From: an uncultured Pseudoxanthomonas sp.
GTDB lineage: Bacteria > Pseudomonadota > Gammaproteobacteria > Xanthomonadales > Xanthomonadaceae
Assembly: GCA_964562135.1 (NCBI GenBank)
Contig: CAZLSG010000006.1
Coordinates: 1,068-65,067, forward strand
DNA length: 64,000 nucleotides
Reading direction: 5' to 3'
Part shown: positions 19,501 through 28,392 of the stretch, one piece after another
Position numbering within the stretch: the stretch's first letter is position 1
How the letters are laid out: each line of letters opens with the position of its first letter
Program-made: the position numbers and the translations under genes
Notes under the pieces: generated by a model
Told to the model about the DNA's origin: nothing
Seen by the model: the letters and a program-made list of their open reading frames with translations, nothing else
Database searches by the model: none

Positions 19501-20082
19501 CTGCTCTCGCGCACTCTGCATGCGCGCGTGCCTGCTGCCGATGGCGCCGCTGCCGGCGCAACCGGTTTTCGCCTGTGCGACCTCGACCCGCGCGAACGCA
19601 TCGACGAAATGGAATTCCACTTCGCCTTGCGCGGCAACAGCGTGCAGGACCTGCTGGCCGTGCTGCACGCGCACGGCCTGTTGCGCGGGCGCCGGGGCTT
19701 CGGCGCATGGCGCACGCTGTCCGGCCTGATGACCGGCAAGATCGACTTGGCCTGCCGCATCGATGGCCGTCTCTACGTGCTCGATTACAAGACCAACACG
19801 CTGCCGGCCTACGGCGCCGAAGACCTTGCGCGGGCGATGGCCGACAGCGAATACGACTGGCAGGCGTTGTTGTACGTGGTCGCGTTGCAGCGCTGGCTAC
19901 GCTCGCGGTTGGGAGCCGGATACGACTACGACAGGCACGTCGGCGGTGTGCGCTACCTGTTCTGCCGCGGACTGGATCCGGCCGTGGCCGGCCAGGGCGT
20001 GCACGTGTTGCCGTTCACGCGCGAACTGGTCGACGCGGTCGACGCCGTGCTTGCCGTGCCGATGCCGGAGGAAGCGGCATGA
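16498..20082 (+). CDS. recB: exodeoxyribonuclease V beta subunit RecB
   Basis: UvrD-type helicase motifs (EASAGTGKTFAL, IDEFQDTD, GDPKQAIYRFRGGD, TLHKSKGLEFPLVF). C-terminal PD-(D/E)xK nuclease region (GKIDL.., YVLDYKTN). Confidence 0.95.
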   Translation: MSDVVFDTPLDDTSLVEASAGTGKTFALAGLFVRAVIERKLASPQILAVTFTVAATQELRARVRLRLQQAAVLAARWQHGDPPERDGDDGETAMLRRMLHAALAAGESTTALRLRLARAARDLDLAQITTIHGFCQRALAEHALDAGQALGEVDIETALAQARRQLAIALWREHAGVADGAAFLRRRFGGVDGLRKALGDLLSHEPVLPDMAGIDARAMLQTAWNTLRDAFTAHGDQARVALEEAMAAKVLSRARDKAPDPGALWAWLSAQDECIPPSLPKALERIGTAWLAGICLKGKDAQCPRSRLFDAVDALLPAFEARDMKRLHDLRAAARLRDAERKGALQLRDYDDLIGALHDAVQDEARRASLARAVRGQYRLALIDEFQDTDARQWDIFRALFVDGQDEGGLVLVGDPKQAIYRFRGGDVRTYVDARNDVQRDDIRLEHNFRSRPRLLAATNTLFDGLPADALGQGIAFTPVEPGGKACDDDLQFDGRPAPPLSFHVVPLRGDGKNWTKDESIERAAALCAEAIRERLQQARDGRLLRKDNAGKRMRVVEPRDCAVLVRTHVEAAAVRHALARRNVPAATVERTSLFESEEARDLLAVLLALLHGGDDDRLRAALAMPLFGLDAGGIDALADDGDALRARHREFDGWRARWQRHGPLAMMTQVVAAESPRLLGIEGGERRIANWLQLGELLQEAAMRSLGMQGQVDWLQAAIASPDGEDEAQLPRLESDADRVQIMTLHKSKGLEFPLVFLPFVSIGRDPARNLEVAVHHHRGRRVRQWKTAQVFGDTPPWDAAVAAHVAEDRAEDMRLLYVGITRAREALWLCGGALASNQDTALHRLLGGNAPSEILRRSLGDALVESEGLPSDIPVRLAPQSSAALPSVRTPGPPLRRDWWMHSFSQLHRQAPQGLHAQEEEAPADDERSDVPAAATSDPRFAGPRFGNVLHHALEHADFTAWRDHDGLPDSQRGVLLQAFAAFGYREDEALEGLPVLVPLLSRTLHARVPAADGAAAGATGFRLCDLDPRERIDEMEFHFALRGNSVQDLLAVLHAHGLLRGRRGFGAWRTLSGLMTGKIDLACRIDGRLYVLDYKTNTLPAYGAEDLARAMADSEYDWQALLYVVALQRWLRSRLGAGYDYDRHVGGVRYLFCRGLDPAVAGQGVHVLPFTRELVDAVDAVLAVPMPEEAA

Positions 20083-21842
20083 GCCTGCTCGAATCACTGC
20101 GCGGAAGCGGCCGGCTGCGCACGGTCGACCTTGCACTGGCCGATACCCTGCAGCGGCTGGATCCGGCCACGCCCGATGCCGTGCTGGCCGCCGCCGCACT
20201 GGCCTCGCATGCGGTGTCGCAGGGACACGCCGCGTTCGATCCGGCGCAGGCGCGCACGCTGGTCGACGTCGACATGCCGGCGGCCGATGACTGGCGCGAT
20301 GTCCTGCGCGCGTCGCGCTGGGTCGCCTGCCCCGACGCTGGCGGCGCCAGCGACCCGGCCCGGCCACTGGTGCTGGAACATGGCCTGCTGTACCTGCGCC
20401 GTTACCGCGAATACGAACGCCGCCTTGCCGCCGGCCTGCAGCGACTGGCCATGCAGGCCGATGACGACGCGCCGGTGCCCGAGGCCCTGTTCGCCACCCT
20501 GTTCCCGCCCGCGGACAGCGATGCCGCGCAGGCCGCTGCGGCCCGCCTCGCGTTGTCGCGCAAGCTGGCGCTGGTCACCGGTGGTCCCGGCACCGGCAAG
20601 ACCACCACCATCGCCCGCGTGTTGTTGCTGCTGCTCGCACAGGCGCGCGAAGCGGGCCGTCCGCTGCCGCGCATCGCGCTGGCCGCGCCCACCGGCCGTG
20701 CCGCCGAACGCATGGCCGAAAGCCTGCGCAATGCCGCCGCGCAGTTGCGCGGCAACGCCGGTATCGATGCCACGTTGCTCGATGCCCTGCCGCAGCAGGC
20801 CAGCACCCTGCACCACCTGCTCGGCGTGGTGCCGGACAGCCCGTACCAACGCTTCGGTGCTGGCCGCCCGCTGCCGTGCGAAGCCGTCGTGGTCGACGAG
20901 GCGTCGATGGTCGACCTGCCGATGATGTGCAAGCTGGTCGAGGCGGTGGCCGATGGTGCGCGCCTGGTCCTACTGGGCGATCCGGACCAGTTGCCTTCGG
21001 TCGAGGCCGGCGACGTGCTCGCCGCAATCGCCACGGCCGCGCAAGCACCGGCCTCTGATCGGGACTCTGCGCCGTTGTCCGGCCACCTCGTGCAACTGCA
21101 ACGCGGCTGGCGCCAGTCCGAGTCCCTGCAGCTCGCCCCGCTGGCCGAGGCCGTGCGCGGACAGGATGCCGCTGCCGCGTTGTTGCTGTTGCGTGGCGGC
21201 AGCCAGTCCGGCGTACGCTTCCATGAAGGCACGCATGACCTGCTGCGCGGAGACCTGAGCGAGGGGTTGTTGCCGGCATGGCAGGCCTTGCAAGCTTGCG
21301 ACGACCCGGCCGATGCGCTGGCGCGCGCCAACCGCCTGTGCCTGCTCACCGCCGTGCGCGAAGGTCCGCAGGGCGCGTGCACGCTCAATGCGCGCATCGA
21401 GCGCCTGCTGGCCGGTCCGCAGCACGAGCCCTGGTTCCACGGCCGCCTGCTGCTGGTGACACGCAACAGCCGGCGTCACCGGTTGTCCAACGGCGACATC
21501 GGCATCTGCCTGCGCGACGAGTCCGGCGGCATCGTCGCCTGGTTCCCCGACGGGGCCGATGGCGTACGCGGTTTCCACCCCGCCGCGCTGCCCGCGCACG
21601 ACAGCGCGTTCGCGATGACCGTGCACAAGGCCCAGGGCAGCGAGTTCGACACCGTCTGGCTGCAACTGCCCGCCCGCGACAACCGCGTACTCAGCCGCGA
21701 ACTGGTCTACACCGCCATTACCCGCGCCCGGCGCGAACTGCATGTGGCCGGCAGTGAAGCGATCCTGCGCGATGCCTTGTCGCGGCATGCGGGGCGGTGG
21801 TCGGGGTTGGGGGAGAGGTTGGTTGCCAACGACTCAAACTAA
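20079..21842 (+). CDS. recD: exodeoxyribonuclease V alpha subunit RecD
   Basis: SF1 helicase motifs (TGGPGTGKTT, VVVDEASMVD, LLGDPDQLPSVEAG, MTVHKAQGSEF, YTAITRAR). The start overlaps the recB stop (ATGA). Confidence 0.9.
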   Translation: MSLLESLRGSGRLRTVDLALADTLQRLDPATPDAVLAAAALASHAVSQGHAAFDPAQARTLVDVDMPAADDWRDVLRASRWVACPDAGGASDPARPLVLEHGLLYLRRYREYERRLAAGLQRLAMQADDDAPVPEALFATLFPPADSDAAQAAAARLALSRKLALVTGGPGTGKTTTIARVLLLLLAQAREAGRPLPRIALAAPTGRAAERMAESLRNAAAQLRGNAGIDATLLDALPQQASTLHHLLGVVPDSPYQRFGAGRPLPCEAVVVDEASMVDLPMMCKLVEAVADGARLVLLGDPDQLPSVEAGDVLAAIATAAQAPASDRDSAPLSGHLVQLQRGWRQSESLQLAPLAEAVRGQDAAAALLLLRGGSQSGVRFHEGTHDLLRGDLSEGLLPAWQALQACDDPADALARANRLCLLTAVREGPQGACTLNARIERLLAGPQHEPWFHGRLLLVTRNSRRHRLSNGDIGICLRDESGGIVAWFPDGADGVRGFHPAALPAHDSAFAMTVHKAQGSEFDTVWLQLPARDNRVLSRELVYTAITRARRELHVAGSEAILRDALSRHAGRWSGLGERLVANDSN

Positions 21843-21915
21843 CAGCTGCTTTCGATGGTATGAAACCGCCGCCGAAAGTGAGCACTAATACGCAAGGTCA
21901 GAACGGAAGTTGGAG

Positions 21916-22836
21916 TCAATCTTCCATAAGGTTGCCAGCCTCCTCCGTTCGAAGGTATTTCGTTGGCGCCACGCCCACATGTCGCTGGAACGCCACGCTG
22001 AAGGCGCTGCCTGATCCGTAGCCCACGCGTTCGGCGATTTCCGATGCGCGCAGTCCGCCTTGCCGCAGCAAGTCCCTGGCGATCTGCATGCGCCAGGCCA
22101 GCAGGTACTCCATCGGTGCGGTGCCGACGGTGCGGGTGAAGCGCTCGTAGAAAGTCGAACGCGACAGCGCGGCGGCCTTCGCCAGTTGCGCCACCGTCCA
22201 CGGACGATCGATGTGCGCATGCATCAGCTTCAAGGCGATGGCGAGGCGTTCGTCGCCCAGCCCGCGCAGCAATCCCGGCGGTGCGCTGCCCGCGGTGGTG
22301 GAGCGCATCGCCTCGATCAGCAACAGGTCGACCAATCGCGACAGGGCGGATTCACTGCCCGGCCCGGGATGCGTGGTTTCCTCCGCGACCATCGCCACCA
22401 GTTGCGACAGCCGCGTGGCGCCGCGCACATGCACCACGGCGGGCAACAGCGAAACCAGCAACGACGGATCCGGGCCGTCGAACAGGAACGCACCGCCGAG
22501 CGAGCGCATGTCGGGTGCGCCGCCGGCATCCCCGTAACGCACTTCGCTGCCATCACTGGGCAGGGCATCGGGATCGCGCACCACCGGCATCGCCGGGCCC
22601 GCACTGGAAATGGTGAAGGCCGGGGTGGCGGGCAGCAGGATGAAGTCGCCGGCGCCGATGGCGAACGGCGCATGGCCGTCCACGGCCAGTTGGCAGCCGC
22701 CTTCCAGCACGATGCAGAAGCTGGGCTTGCCGTATTCACGGTAGCGCACCGCCCAGCCACCCTTGCCGCTGATGACGTTGGCGAACACCGCGCGCGGGCG
22801 CAGCAGGCGGACGACTTCGGAGAGGGGGTCGGCCAT
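21916..22836 (-). CDS. AraC family transcriptional regulator with N-terminal cupin domain
   Basis: C-terminal double HTH (WTVAQLAKAAALSRSTFYERF.., LRASEIAERVGYGSGSAFSVAF). Divergent from the SDR gene. Confidence 0.85.
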   Translation of the reverse strand: MADPLSEVVRLLRPRAVFANVISGKGGWAVRYREYGKPSFCIVLEGGCQLAVDGHAPFAIGAGDFILLPATPAFTISSAGPAMPVVRDPDALPSDGSEVRYGDAGGAPDMRSLGGAFLFDGPDPSLLVSLLPAVVHVRGATRLSQLVAMVAEETTHPGPGSESALSRLVDLLLIEAMRSTTAGSAPPGLLRGLGDERLAIALKLMHAHIDRPWTVAQLAKAAALSRSTFYERFTRTVGTAPMEYLLAWRMQIARDLLRQGGLRASEIAERVGYGSGSAFSVAFQRHVGVAPTKYLRTEEAGNLMED

Positions 22837-22937
22837 TCAGGACGATTGCTAAAGAAAAGTGGATATTTGGCTATCGATCATCCGGCAAGCGTGGCCGAAG
22901 CTGGCGCCTCCGTCAAACACCTCCCAGGAAACACACC

Positions 22938-23684
22938 ATGAAAACCGTGCTGATCACCGGCTGTTCGTCCGGCTACGGCTTCGCCACCGCCCGCCACTTC
23001 CACGCGAAGGGATGGCGCGTCATCGCCACCATGCGCCGGCCGCGCGCAGGCTTGCTCCCGCCCGGTGTCCGCATGCTGCCGCTGGACGTGACCGATCCCG
23101 ACAGCATCGTCCGCGCGCTGGATGCCGCCGGCCCCATCGACGTACTCGTCAACAACGCCGGGCTCGGTCTCTTCGGCGCGTTCGAAGCCACGCCAATGGC
23201 GACCGTGCGCGAGATCTTCGAGACCAATGCCTTCGGCACGATGGCGATGTGCCAGGCGGCGATCCCGCGGTTCCGCGAGCGCCGCGCCGGGACGATAGTC
23301 AACGTCACCTCCAGCGCGACGCTGGCGCCGTTCCCGCTGGTCGCGGCGTATACGGCCAGCAAGGCCGCGATTGAAGGCTTCACCGGATCGCTGGCGCAGG
23401 AACTGGCGCAGTTCGGCGTGCGCGCGAAGCTGGTCGAGCCCGGCTATTGCCCCGACACGCGCTTCGCCCAAAACGGCGCCGAACGCATGCAGGGGTTGAT
23501 CACCGAACCCTATGCCCCGTTCGCCGGCAAGGTCTTCGAGGGCTTCTCGCAACTGGACGCGGTGACGCAGCCGGGCGACGTGGGGGAAGCCGTGTGGCAG
23601 GCGGCGAACGATGCTTCCGACCGCATGCGCTACCCGGCAGGCGCCGATGCGGTTGCGTTGCTCCGGCATCCGGCACAGGGATGA
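22938..23684 (+). CDS. SDR family oxidoreductase
   Basis: TGCSSGYG cofactor motif, NNAG, and catalytic YTASK. Confidence 0.85.
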   Translation: MKTVLITGCSSGYGFATARHFHAKGWRVIATMRRPRAGLLPPGVRMLPLDVTDPDSIVRALDAAGPIDVLVNNAGLGLFGAFEATPMATVREIFETNAFGTMAMCQAAIPRFRERRAGTIVNVTSSATLAPFPLVAAYTASKAAIEGFTGSLAQELAQFGVRAKLVEPGYCPDTRFAQNGAERMQGLITEPYAPFAGKVFEGFSQLDAVTQPGDVGEAVWQAANDASDRMRYPAGADAVALLRHPAQG

Positions 23685-23849
23685 GGTTCACTGCCGGTCA
23701 AAGAGACGATCGTTTTCGTGATTGATCTTCCGGTCCATAAGCTCCGGCAACGCCCGCACTTTCGATGGCATCTGTTTTGCCGCGATGGGGGCGTATCGGA
23801 ATCGGTTCCCGTGTGGAAAGCCGCCGGATGACGATGCTATCGTCCCGGC

Positions 23850-24425
23850 ATGGGCAAGGGCGCAGGCAGGATCAGGTTCAAGGCCAGGCTGCTGCGGCCG
23901 GCGCAGCCGAAGGGCGCGGCGTGGACGTTCCTCGTCCTGCCTGCGGAATCGAGCGCGAAGCTGCCGACACGCAGCAGGATCACCGTGGAGGGCACGCTTG
24001 GCGGCCGTCCTTTCCAGGCCACGCTGGAACCGGATGGCCAGGGCAGTCACTGGCTCAAGGTGGACAGGAAGTTGCGCGAAGCCGCCGGGGCCGAAGCCGG
24101 TGAAACGGTCGAACTCGGGATCGCACCGGTGGAGCGGGAACCGGAGCCGAAGTTGCCGCCCGACCTGCGCGAGGCGCTCGCCGCGAATCCCGGTGCGCGT
24201 GCGACGTGGAAGGACATCACGCCCGTGGCGAGGCGCGACTGGATCCACTGGATCACTTCGGGCAAGAAGGCGGAGACGCGGGTGAAGCGCATCCACACCG
24301 CCTGCGACATGCTGGCGTCGGGCAAGCGCCGCGCGTGCTGCTTCGATCGTTCCGGGATCTACAGCAAGGCCTTCAGTACGCCCACGGCGGCGGGACAGGA
24401 CGCGAGCCCCACGCTCAAGCCATGA
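23850..24425 (+). CDS. DUF1905 / YdeI (OmpD-associated) family protein
   Basis: 191 aa. The N-terminal DUF1905-like barrel pattern (..WTFLVLP..S.KL..R.R..V.GTLGG.PFQATL.P.G.G.HWL) is followed by a YdeI-like helical part (RDWIHWITS.KK.ETR.KRI). Confidence 0.7.
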   Translation: MGKGAGRIRFKARLLRPAQPKGAAWTFLVLPAESSAKLPTRSRITVEGTLGGRPFQATLEPDGQGSHWLKVDRKLREAAGAEAGETVELGIAPVEREPEPKLPPDLREALAANPGARATWKDITPVARRDWIHWITSGKKAETRVKRIHTACDMLASGKRRACCFDRSGIYSKAFSTPTAAGQDASPTLKP

Positions 24426-24566
24426 GGCTTTGAACATTCCGGAACGTTTTCCGCATGGTCGGGCTTTGCCTTGTTGCGGCGTGGCTGATTACCCAGGTCG
24501 GCAACGTGGTGCTCATGGCCTGCAAAGCGAGGTGCTGTTGCGCGCCTGAGAAGCGGATGCCCGTGA

Positions 24567-25691
24567 TCAGGTGCCCTGCAGGCGCATGCGCGCGCCGTTG
24601 CTGCGTGCCGAAGCGAAGATGGCATCGACCACGCGCAGGTCGCGCACGCCTTCCTCGCCGGGCACGCGCGGCGAGGTGCCGGCCAGGATCGCCAGCGCGT
24701 CCTGGTCCATCTGTTCGGCCTGCATGCGCGGCGTCGGGCCCAGGCCGGCATCGAACAGGGTGCCGTCGCTGGCCTTGCCGGCATTGCCTTCGTAGGCCTG
24801 GAACGGCGACATTTCGTACCAGCCGCTTTCGCAGTCCACGCGCAGCAGGTTCATGTTGTGGCCGAAGCTGGTGGCGCAGTCGGCGACGATGCCTTCCGGG
24901 AATTCCAGCTGGAAGCGGGTGGTTTCGTCCACGTCGCGGAATGTGTCCGGACGCGTGGTCTCGTGCGTGGCGGTCACCGCAAGGGGTTCCAGTCCGGTGC
25001 TGTAGCGCGCGGCATTGAGCGAATACACGCCCATGTCGTACATGGCGCCGCCGCCGCGTGCCGGATCCAGCCGCCACGCATCGCTCCAGCCTTCGTGGAA
25101 ACCGTGCCAGCCGGCATCCGCGCGCAGCCGGAGCAACTGGCCGAAGGGGCGCTCCTTCGCCATCGCCATCAAGCGGCGGGTATTGGGCTCGTGCTGCATG
25201 CGATAGCCGATGGTGAGCTGCACGCGGTTGTCGCGGCAGGCCTTGACCATCGCCTCGCCTTCGCCGGCGTTCATCGCCATCGGCTTTTCGCACCACACGT
25301 GCTTGCCGGCGTTGGCGGCGGTCAGCGTCTGCGGCATGTGCAGGTGGTTGGGCGTCACCACGTAGACCACGTCGATGTCCGGATCGTCGGCGATGCGATG
25401 GAAGCTGCCGTAGTCGTAGACGTTATGGTCGGCGATCCCGTAGCGCTGTTGCCACTCGTCCACCTTGTGCGGCGAGCCGGTGACGATGCCGGCCAGCCGG
25501 CAGTGCCGGGTCAGTTGCAGCGCCGGAGCCAGCAGGTCGCGGCTGTAGTGGCCCAGCCCGACCAGGGCGACACCCAGCTTGCGGTGCGCCGGGTTGGCCG
25601 CGAACCCCGGCGGACTCCATGCGGCCATGCCGGCCAGGGCCAGCGATTGCAGCAGTTGCCGTCGGGTGATGCCGGTCGCTCTGTGGTTCAC
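24567..25691 (-). CDS. Gfo/Idh/MocA family oxidoreductase with Tat signal (periplasmic)
   Basis: GTG start at 25689-25691, preceded by AAGAGGGG. Twin-arginine signal ITRRQLLQSLALAGMAA. Rossmann motif LGVALVGLGHYS. EKPMA motif. Confidence 0.8.
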   Translation of the reverse strand: MNHRATGITRRQLLQSLALAGMAAWSPPGFAANPAHRKLGVALVGLGHYSRDLLAPALQLTRHCRLAGIVTGSPHKVDEWQQRYGIADHNVYDYGSFHRIADDPDIDVVYVVTPNHLHMPQTLTAANAGKHVWCEKPMAMNAGEGEAMVKACRDNRVQLTIGYRMQHEPNTRRLMAMAKERPFGQLLRLRADAGWHGFHEGWSDAWRLDPARGGGAMYDMGVYSLNAARYSTGLEPLAVTATHETTRPDTFRDVDETTRFQLEFPEGIVADCATSFGHNMNLLRVDCESGWYEMSPFQAYEGNAGKASDGTLFDAGLGPTPRMQAEQMDQDALAILAGTSPRVPGEEGVRDLRVVDAIFASARSNGARMRLQGT

Positions 25692-25759
25692 CCTCGCCCC
25701 TCTTTTCCTGATCGCCGGGGTAGCCTGCCGGTGTGCCGCGGCCTTGTCCAGTTGGTGCA

Positions 25760-25795
25760 GCGCCGGGATGGCCGGGTCCGGGTTGCCATCCGCGC
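25760..25795 (+). promoter_or_regulatory. stable bulged hairpin in the folE leader (candidate cis-regulatory RNA)
   Basis: GCGC-C-GG-G-ATGGC (25760-25772) pairs with GCCAT-CC-GCGC (25785-25795) around a 12-nt loop. It ends 36 nt upstream of the folE GTG. Confidence 0.3.
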
Positions 25796-25831
25796 TACCA
25801 TAACGCCCCCGAAAGAGACCGAGGGTCGCCC

Positions 25832-26437
25832 GTGAGCAACTCCGACGACGCACGCAATGGCGTACTGCCCGCGCAGGCCGAGGAGGCCGTGCGCACTCTG
25901 CTGCGCTGGGCCGGCGAGGACCCCGCGCGCGAAGGCCTGCTGGACACGCCCAAGCGCGTGGCCGAGGCCTATGCCGACTGGTTCAGCGGCTACCAGGACG
26001 ATCCGCACGAATTCCTGGCCCGCACCTTCGAGGAAGTGGCCGGCTACGACGAGATGATCGTGCTGCGCGACATCGAATACGAAAGCCATTGCGAGCACCA
26101 CATGGCGCCGATCATCGGCCGGGTGCACGTGGGCTATCTGCCGGACGGCAAGGTGGTGGGCATCAGCAAACTGGCGCGGGTGGTGGACGCGTATGCGCGC
26201 CGCTTCCAGGTGCAGGAGAAGATGACCGCGCAGATCGCCCAGTGCATCCAGGACGTGCTGCAGCCGCGCGGGGTCGGTGTGGTGGTGGAAGGCGCGCACG
26301 AATGCATGACCACCCGCGGCGTGCACAAGCGTGGCGTCAGCATGATCACCTCGACCATGCTCGGGTCGTTCCGCGAGGATGCGCGCACCCGCGCCGAGTT
26401 CCTGCGCTTCATCGAGACCGGGCACGGCAGGCGTTAG
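25832..26437 (+). CDS. folE: GTP cyclohydrolase I FolE (type IA)
   Basis: [15 protein letters not shown] and QVQE(K/R) motifs, collinear with B. subtilis FolE as recalled. GTG start preceded by GAGGG. The in-frame upstream part of the track ORF has no homology. Confidence 0.9.
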   Translation: MSNSDDARNGVLPAQAEEAVRTLLRWAGEDPAREGLLDTPKRVAEAYADWFSGYQDDPHEFLARTFEEVAGYDEMIVLRDIEYESHCEHHMAPIIGRVHVGYLPDGKVVGISKLARVVDAYARRFQVQEKMTAQIAQCIQDVLQPRGVGVVVEGAHECMTTRGVHKRGVSMITSTMLGSFREDARTRAEFLRFIETGHGRR

Positions 26438-26460
26438 ACTCTGACCTACATGGAGGCGTC

Positions 26461-26631
26461 ATGGACAAGGCAAAATCTCTTGGGCTCGCATCGGTACTCT
26501 TCTTCATCGCCGGCGCCCTGTTCTTCGTCACCGCCTACATGTCGGGATCAATCATTTACATCGCCATGGGTTCCATGTTCATCGCAATCGGGGCGTTGTA
26601 TATATCGCTTTCCCGGGAATCCCGTGACTGA
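26461..26631 (+). CDS. small two-TM membrane protein, unknown function
   Basis: 56 aa. The ATG at 26461 is preceded by TGGAGG. Two hydrophobic helices. Lies in a lower-GC pocket. Confidence 0.45.
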   Translation: MDKAKSLGLASVLFFIAGALFFVTAYMSGSIIYIAMGSMFIAIGALYISLSRESRD

Positions 26632-26693
26632 CAATTCGTTCGAGCCGAATCCGCTTCGTGGGTCGGCTTGATTCAGCGCCTGGGAATCACGGA

Positions 26694-26966
26694 ATGACAA
26701 CGAAGCAGGAACAATTCGCCAAGTGGGCGATCACCCGCAAGAAAGGGATGCTGCGCTTCGTATTGCTGTATGGCGTGCTGGGCTGGGGACTGATCACGGC
26801 GGTCCTGTATTCGATCCTGATGTGGCTGTTTTCCGACATCGGTCTCCATCGCATACTGCCACTGTCGCTGCTCATCTTTCCGGTCGGCGGCGTGCTGTGG
26901 GGGTGCATCATGTGGTGGCTGTCGGAGCGTGGCTACCGTGCCCACGCTTCGAGCCATGATCCCTGA
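26694..26966 (+). CDS. small membrane protein, unknown function
   Basis: 90 aa from the ATG at 26694. Two hydrophobic, Trp-rich helices (VLLYGVLGWGLITAVLYSILMWLF, LLIFPVGGVLWGCIMWWL). Local GC is lower. Confidence 0.5.
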   Translation: MTTKQEQFAKWAITRKKGMLRFVLLYGVLGWGLITAVLYSILMWLFSDIGLHRILPLSLLIFPVGGVLWGCIMWWLSERGYRAHASSHDP

Positions 26967-26987
26967 CATCGCCGCAAGGCGGAGTTT

Positions 26988-28286
26988 CTATTCGTCCGGC
27001 ACGAACGCCAGCACGTTGCCGTTGATGCAGTAGCGCTTGCCGGTCGGCGGCGGGCCGTCGTCGAAGACGTGGCCCAGGTGGATGCCGGAACTGGCGCTGC
27101 GCACTTCGGTCCGGACCATGCCGAGCGAGCGGTCCGTGTGCAGGGTGATGGCGCCTTCCAGCGGGCTGAAGAAGCTGGGCCAACCGGTGTCGCTGTGGAA
27201 CTTGCTGTCGGAGCGGAACAGCGGCGCGCCGGTGATCGGATCGACGAAAGTACCGGGACGGGTTTCGTCCAGATGCGAACCGGTGAACGGAAGTTCGGTG
27301 CCCTGTTCGAAGGCGATGCGTCGCTGCTCCGGTGTCAGCAGCCGGTGGCCCAGCCATTTCCAGAAGCGCTCCAGGTCGCCGTTGTAGCCGGTGTAGCGGG
27401 ACACCTCCCGGCCCTCTTCGAACAGCACGACGGTAGGGGTGGCGAACAGCGCTTTTTCCAGCGTCCAGCCGGCCGGCGGCAGCGGGCTCAGGGTGGTGGT
27501 TACGGGAACGGTACCGCGCCAATGTTCCAGCACGTCGGTGTGGAATTTCTCGCAGTATGGGCAGTCTTCAGCCTCGAAGACCACCAGTTGGCGCTCGAAG
27601 GCCAGCGCGTCGGCGGACAGCGGCGGCACGGTCGCCGTCGCCGTGCCGGCGGCGGAGGGCGTTCCGGGCCGTGGGTAGGCCACGCCGGTGCCGCCCAGGC
27701 CGCAATAGCCGTCGGGATTCTTGACCAGGTAGTCCTGGTGGTAGGACTCGGCCCGGTTGTAATGGCGCAGCGGCGCGATCTCGGTGGTGATGGCGGGATG
27801 GCCGGCCTTGTTCAGGGCCTTCTGGTAGGCGTCGCGGGTGGCGACGGCCAGCTGCCGCTGGGTCTCGCCGTCGTAGTAGATGGCGCTGCGGTAGTTGCTG
27901 CCGACGTCGTTGCCCTGGCGATCGCCTTGGGTCGGGTCGTGGTTTTCCCAGAAGCCGATCAGGACCTGTTCGAGCGTCGTCAACGCAGGGTCGAAACGGA
28001 CCCGCACCACTTCCGCATGATTGCGGTCCGGGCTGGCGCCGCGGCGGATGCGCTGCTCGTGTTCCAGCACTTTCCGGTAGCCGGTCCTCGGCGCATCGCC
28101 GCCGGCATAGCCGCTTTCCACATCGACCACGCCGGGCAACTCGGACATGCGCTTTTCCGCGCCCCAGAAGCAGCCCATGCCCAGCACGATGCTCTCCAGA
28201 CCGTCGTCGTCCCGCGCCTGGCAACCGCCCACCCACAACAGGGACAGCAGCAGGATGATGTCGCGAAGGGGACGCAGAACGGACAT
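26988..28286 (-). CDS. msrAB: tri-domain peptide-methionine sulfoxide reductase lipoprotein: MsrA / thioredoxin-fold (CPYC) / MsrB
   Basis: ATG at 28284-28286 with GAGG upstream. Lipobox LLWVGGC. MsrA motif GMGCFWG. A central ~100 aa carries EDCPYCEKF. The MsrB (SelR) end shows GWPSF and RYCINGNVL. Confidence 0.85.
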   Translation of the reverse strand: MSVLRPLRDIILLLSLLWVGGCQARDDDGLESIVLGMGCFWGAEKRMSELPGVVDVESGYAGGDAPRTGYRKVLEHEQRIRRGASPDRNHAEVVRVRFDPALTTLEQVLIGFWENHDPTQGDRQGNDVGSNYRSAIYYDGETQRQLAVATRDAYQKALNKAGHPAITTEIAPLRHYNRAESYHQDYLVKNPDGYCGLGGTGVAYPRPGTPSAAGTATATVPPLSADALAFERQLVVFEAEDCPYCEKFHTDVLEHWRGTVPVTTTLSPLPPAGWTLEKALFATPTVVLFEEGREVSRYTGYNGDLERFWKWLGHRLLTPEQRRIAFEQGTELPFTGSHLDETRPGTFVDPITGAPLFRSDSKFHSDTGWPSFFSPLEGAITLHTDRSLGMVRTEVRSASSGIHLGHVFDDGPPPTGKRYCINGNVLAFVPDE

Positions 28287-28392
28287 GGGAACCTCAGGCG
28301 GCAAACATGTACCGATACAGAGTACAGGGGCGGACCTGACTGCACGCATGCGGCAGAATGGAACGCCGATGGACGGCGATGGAGGCAGTGTG

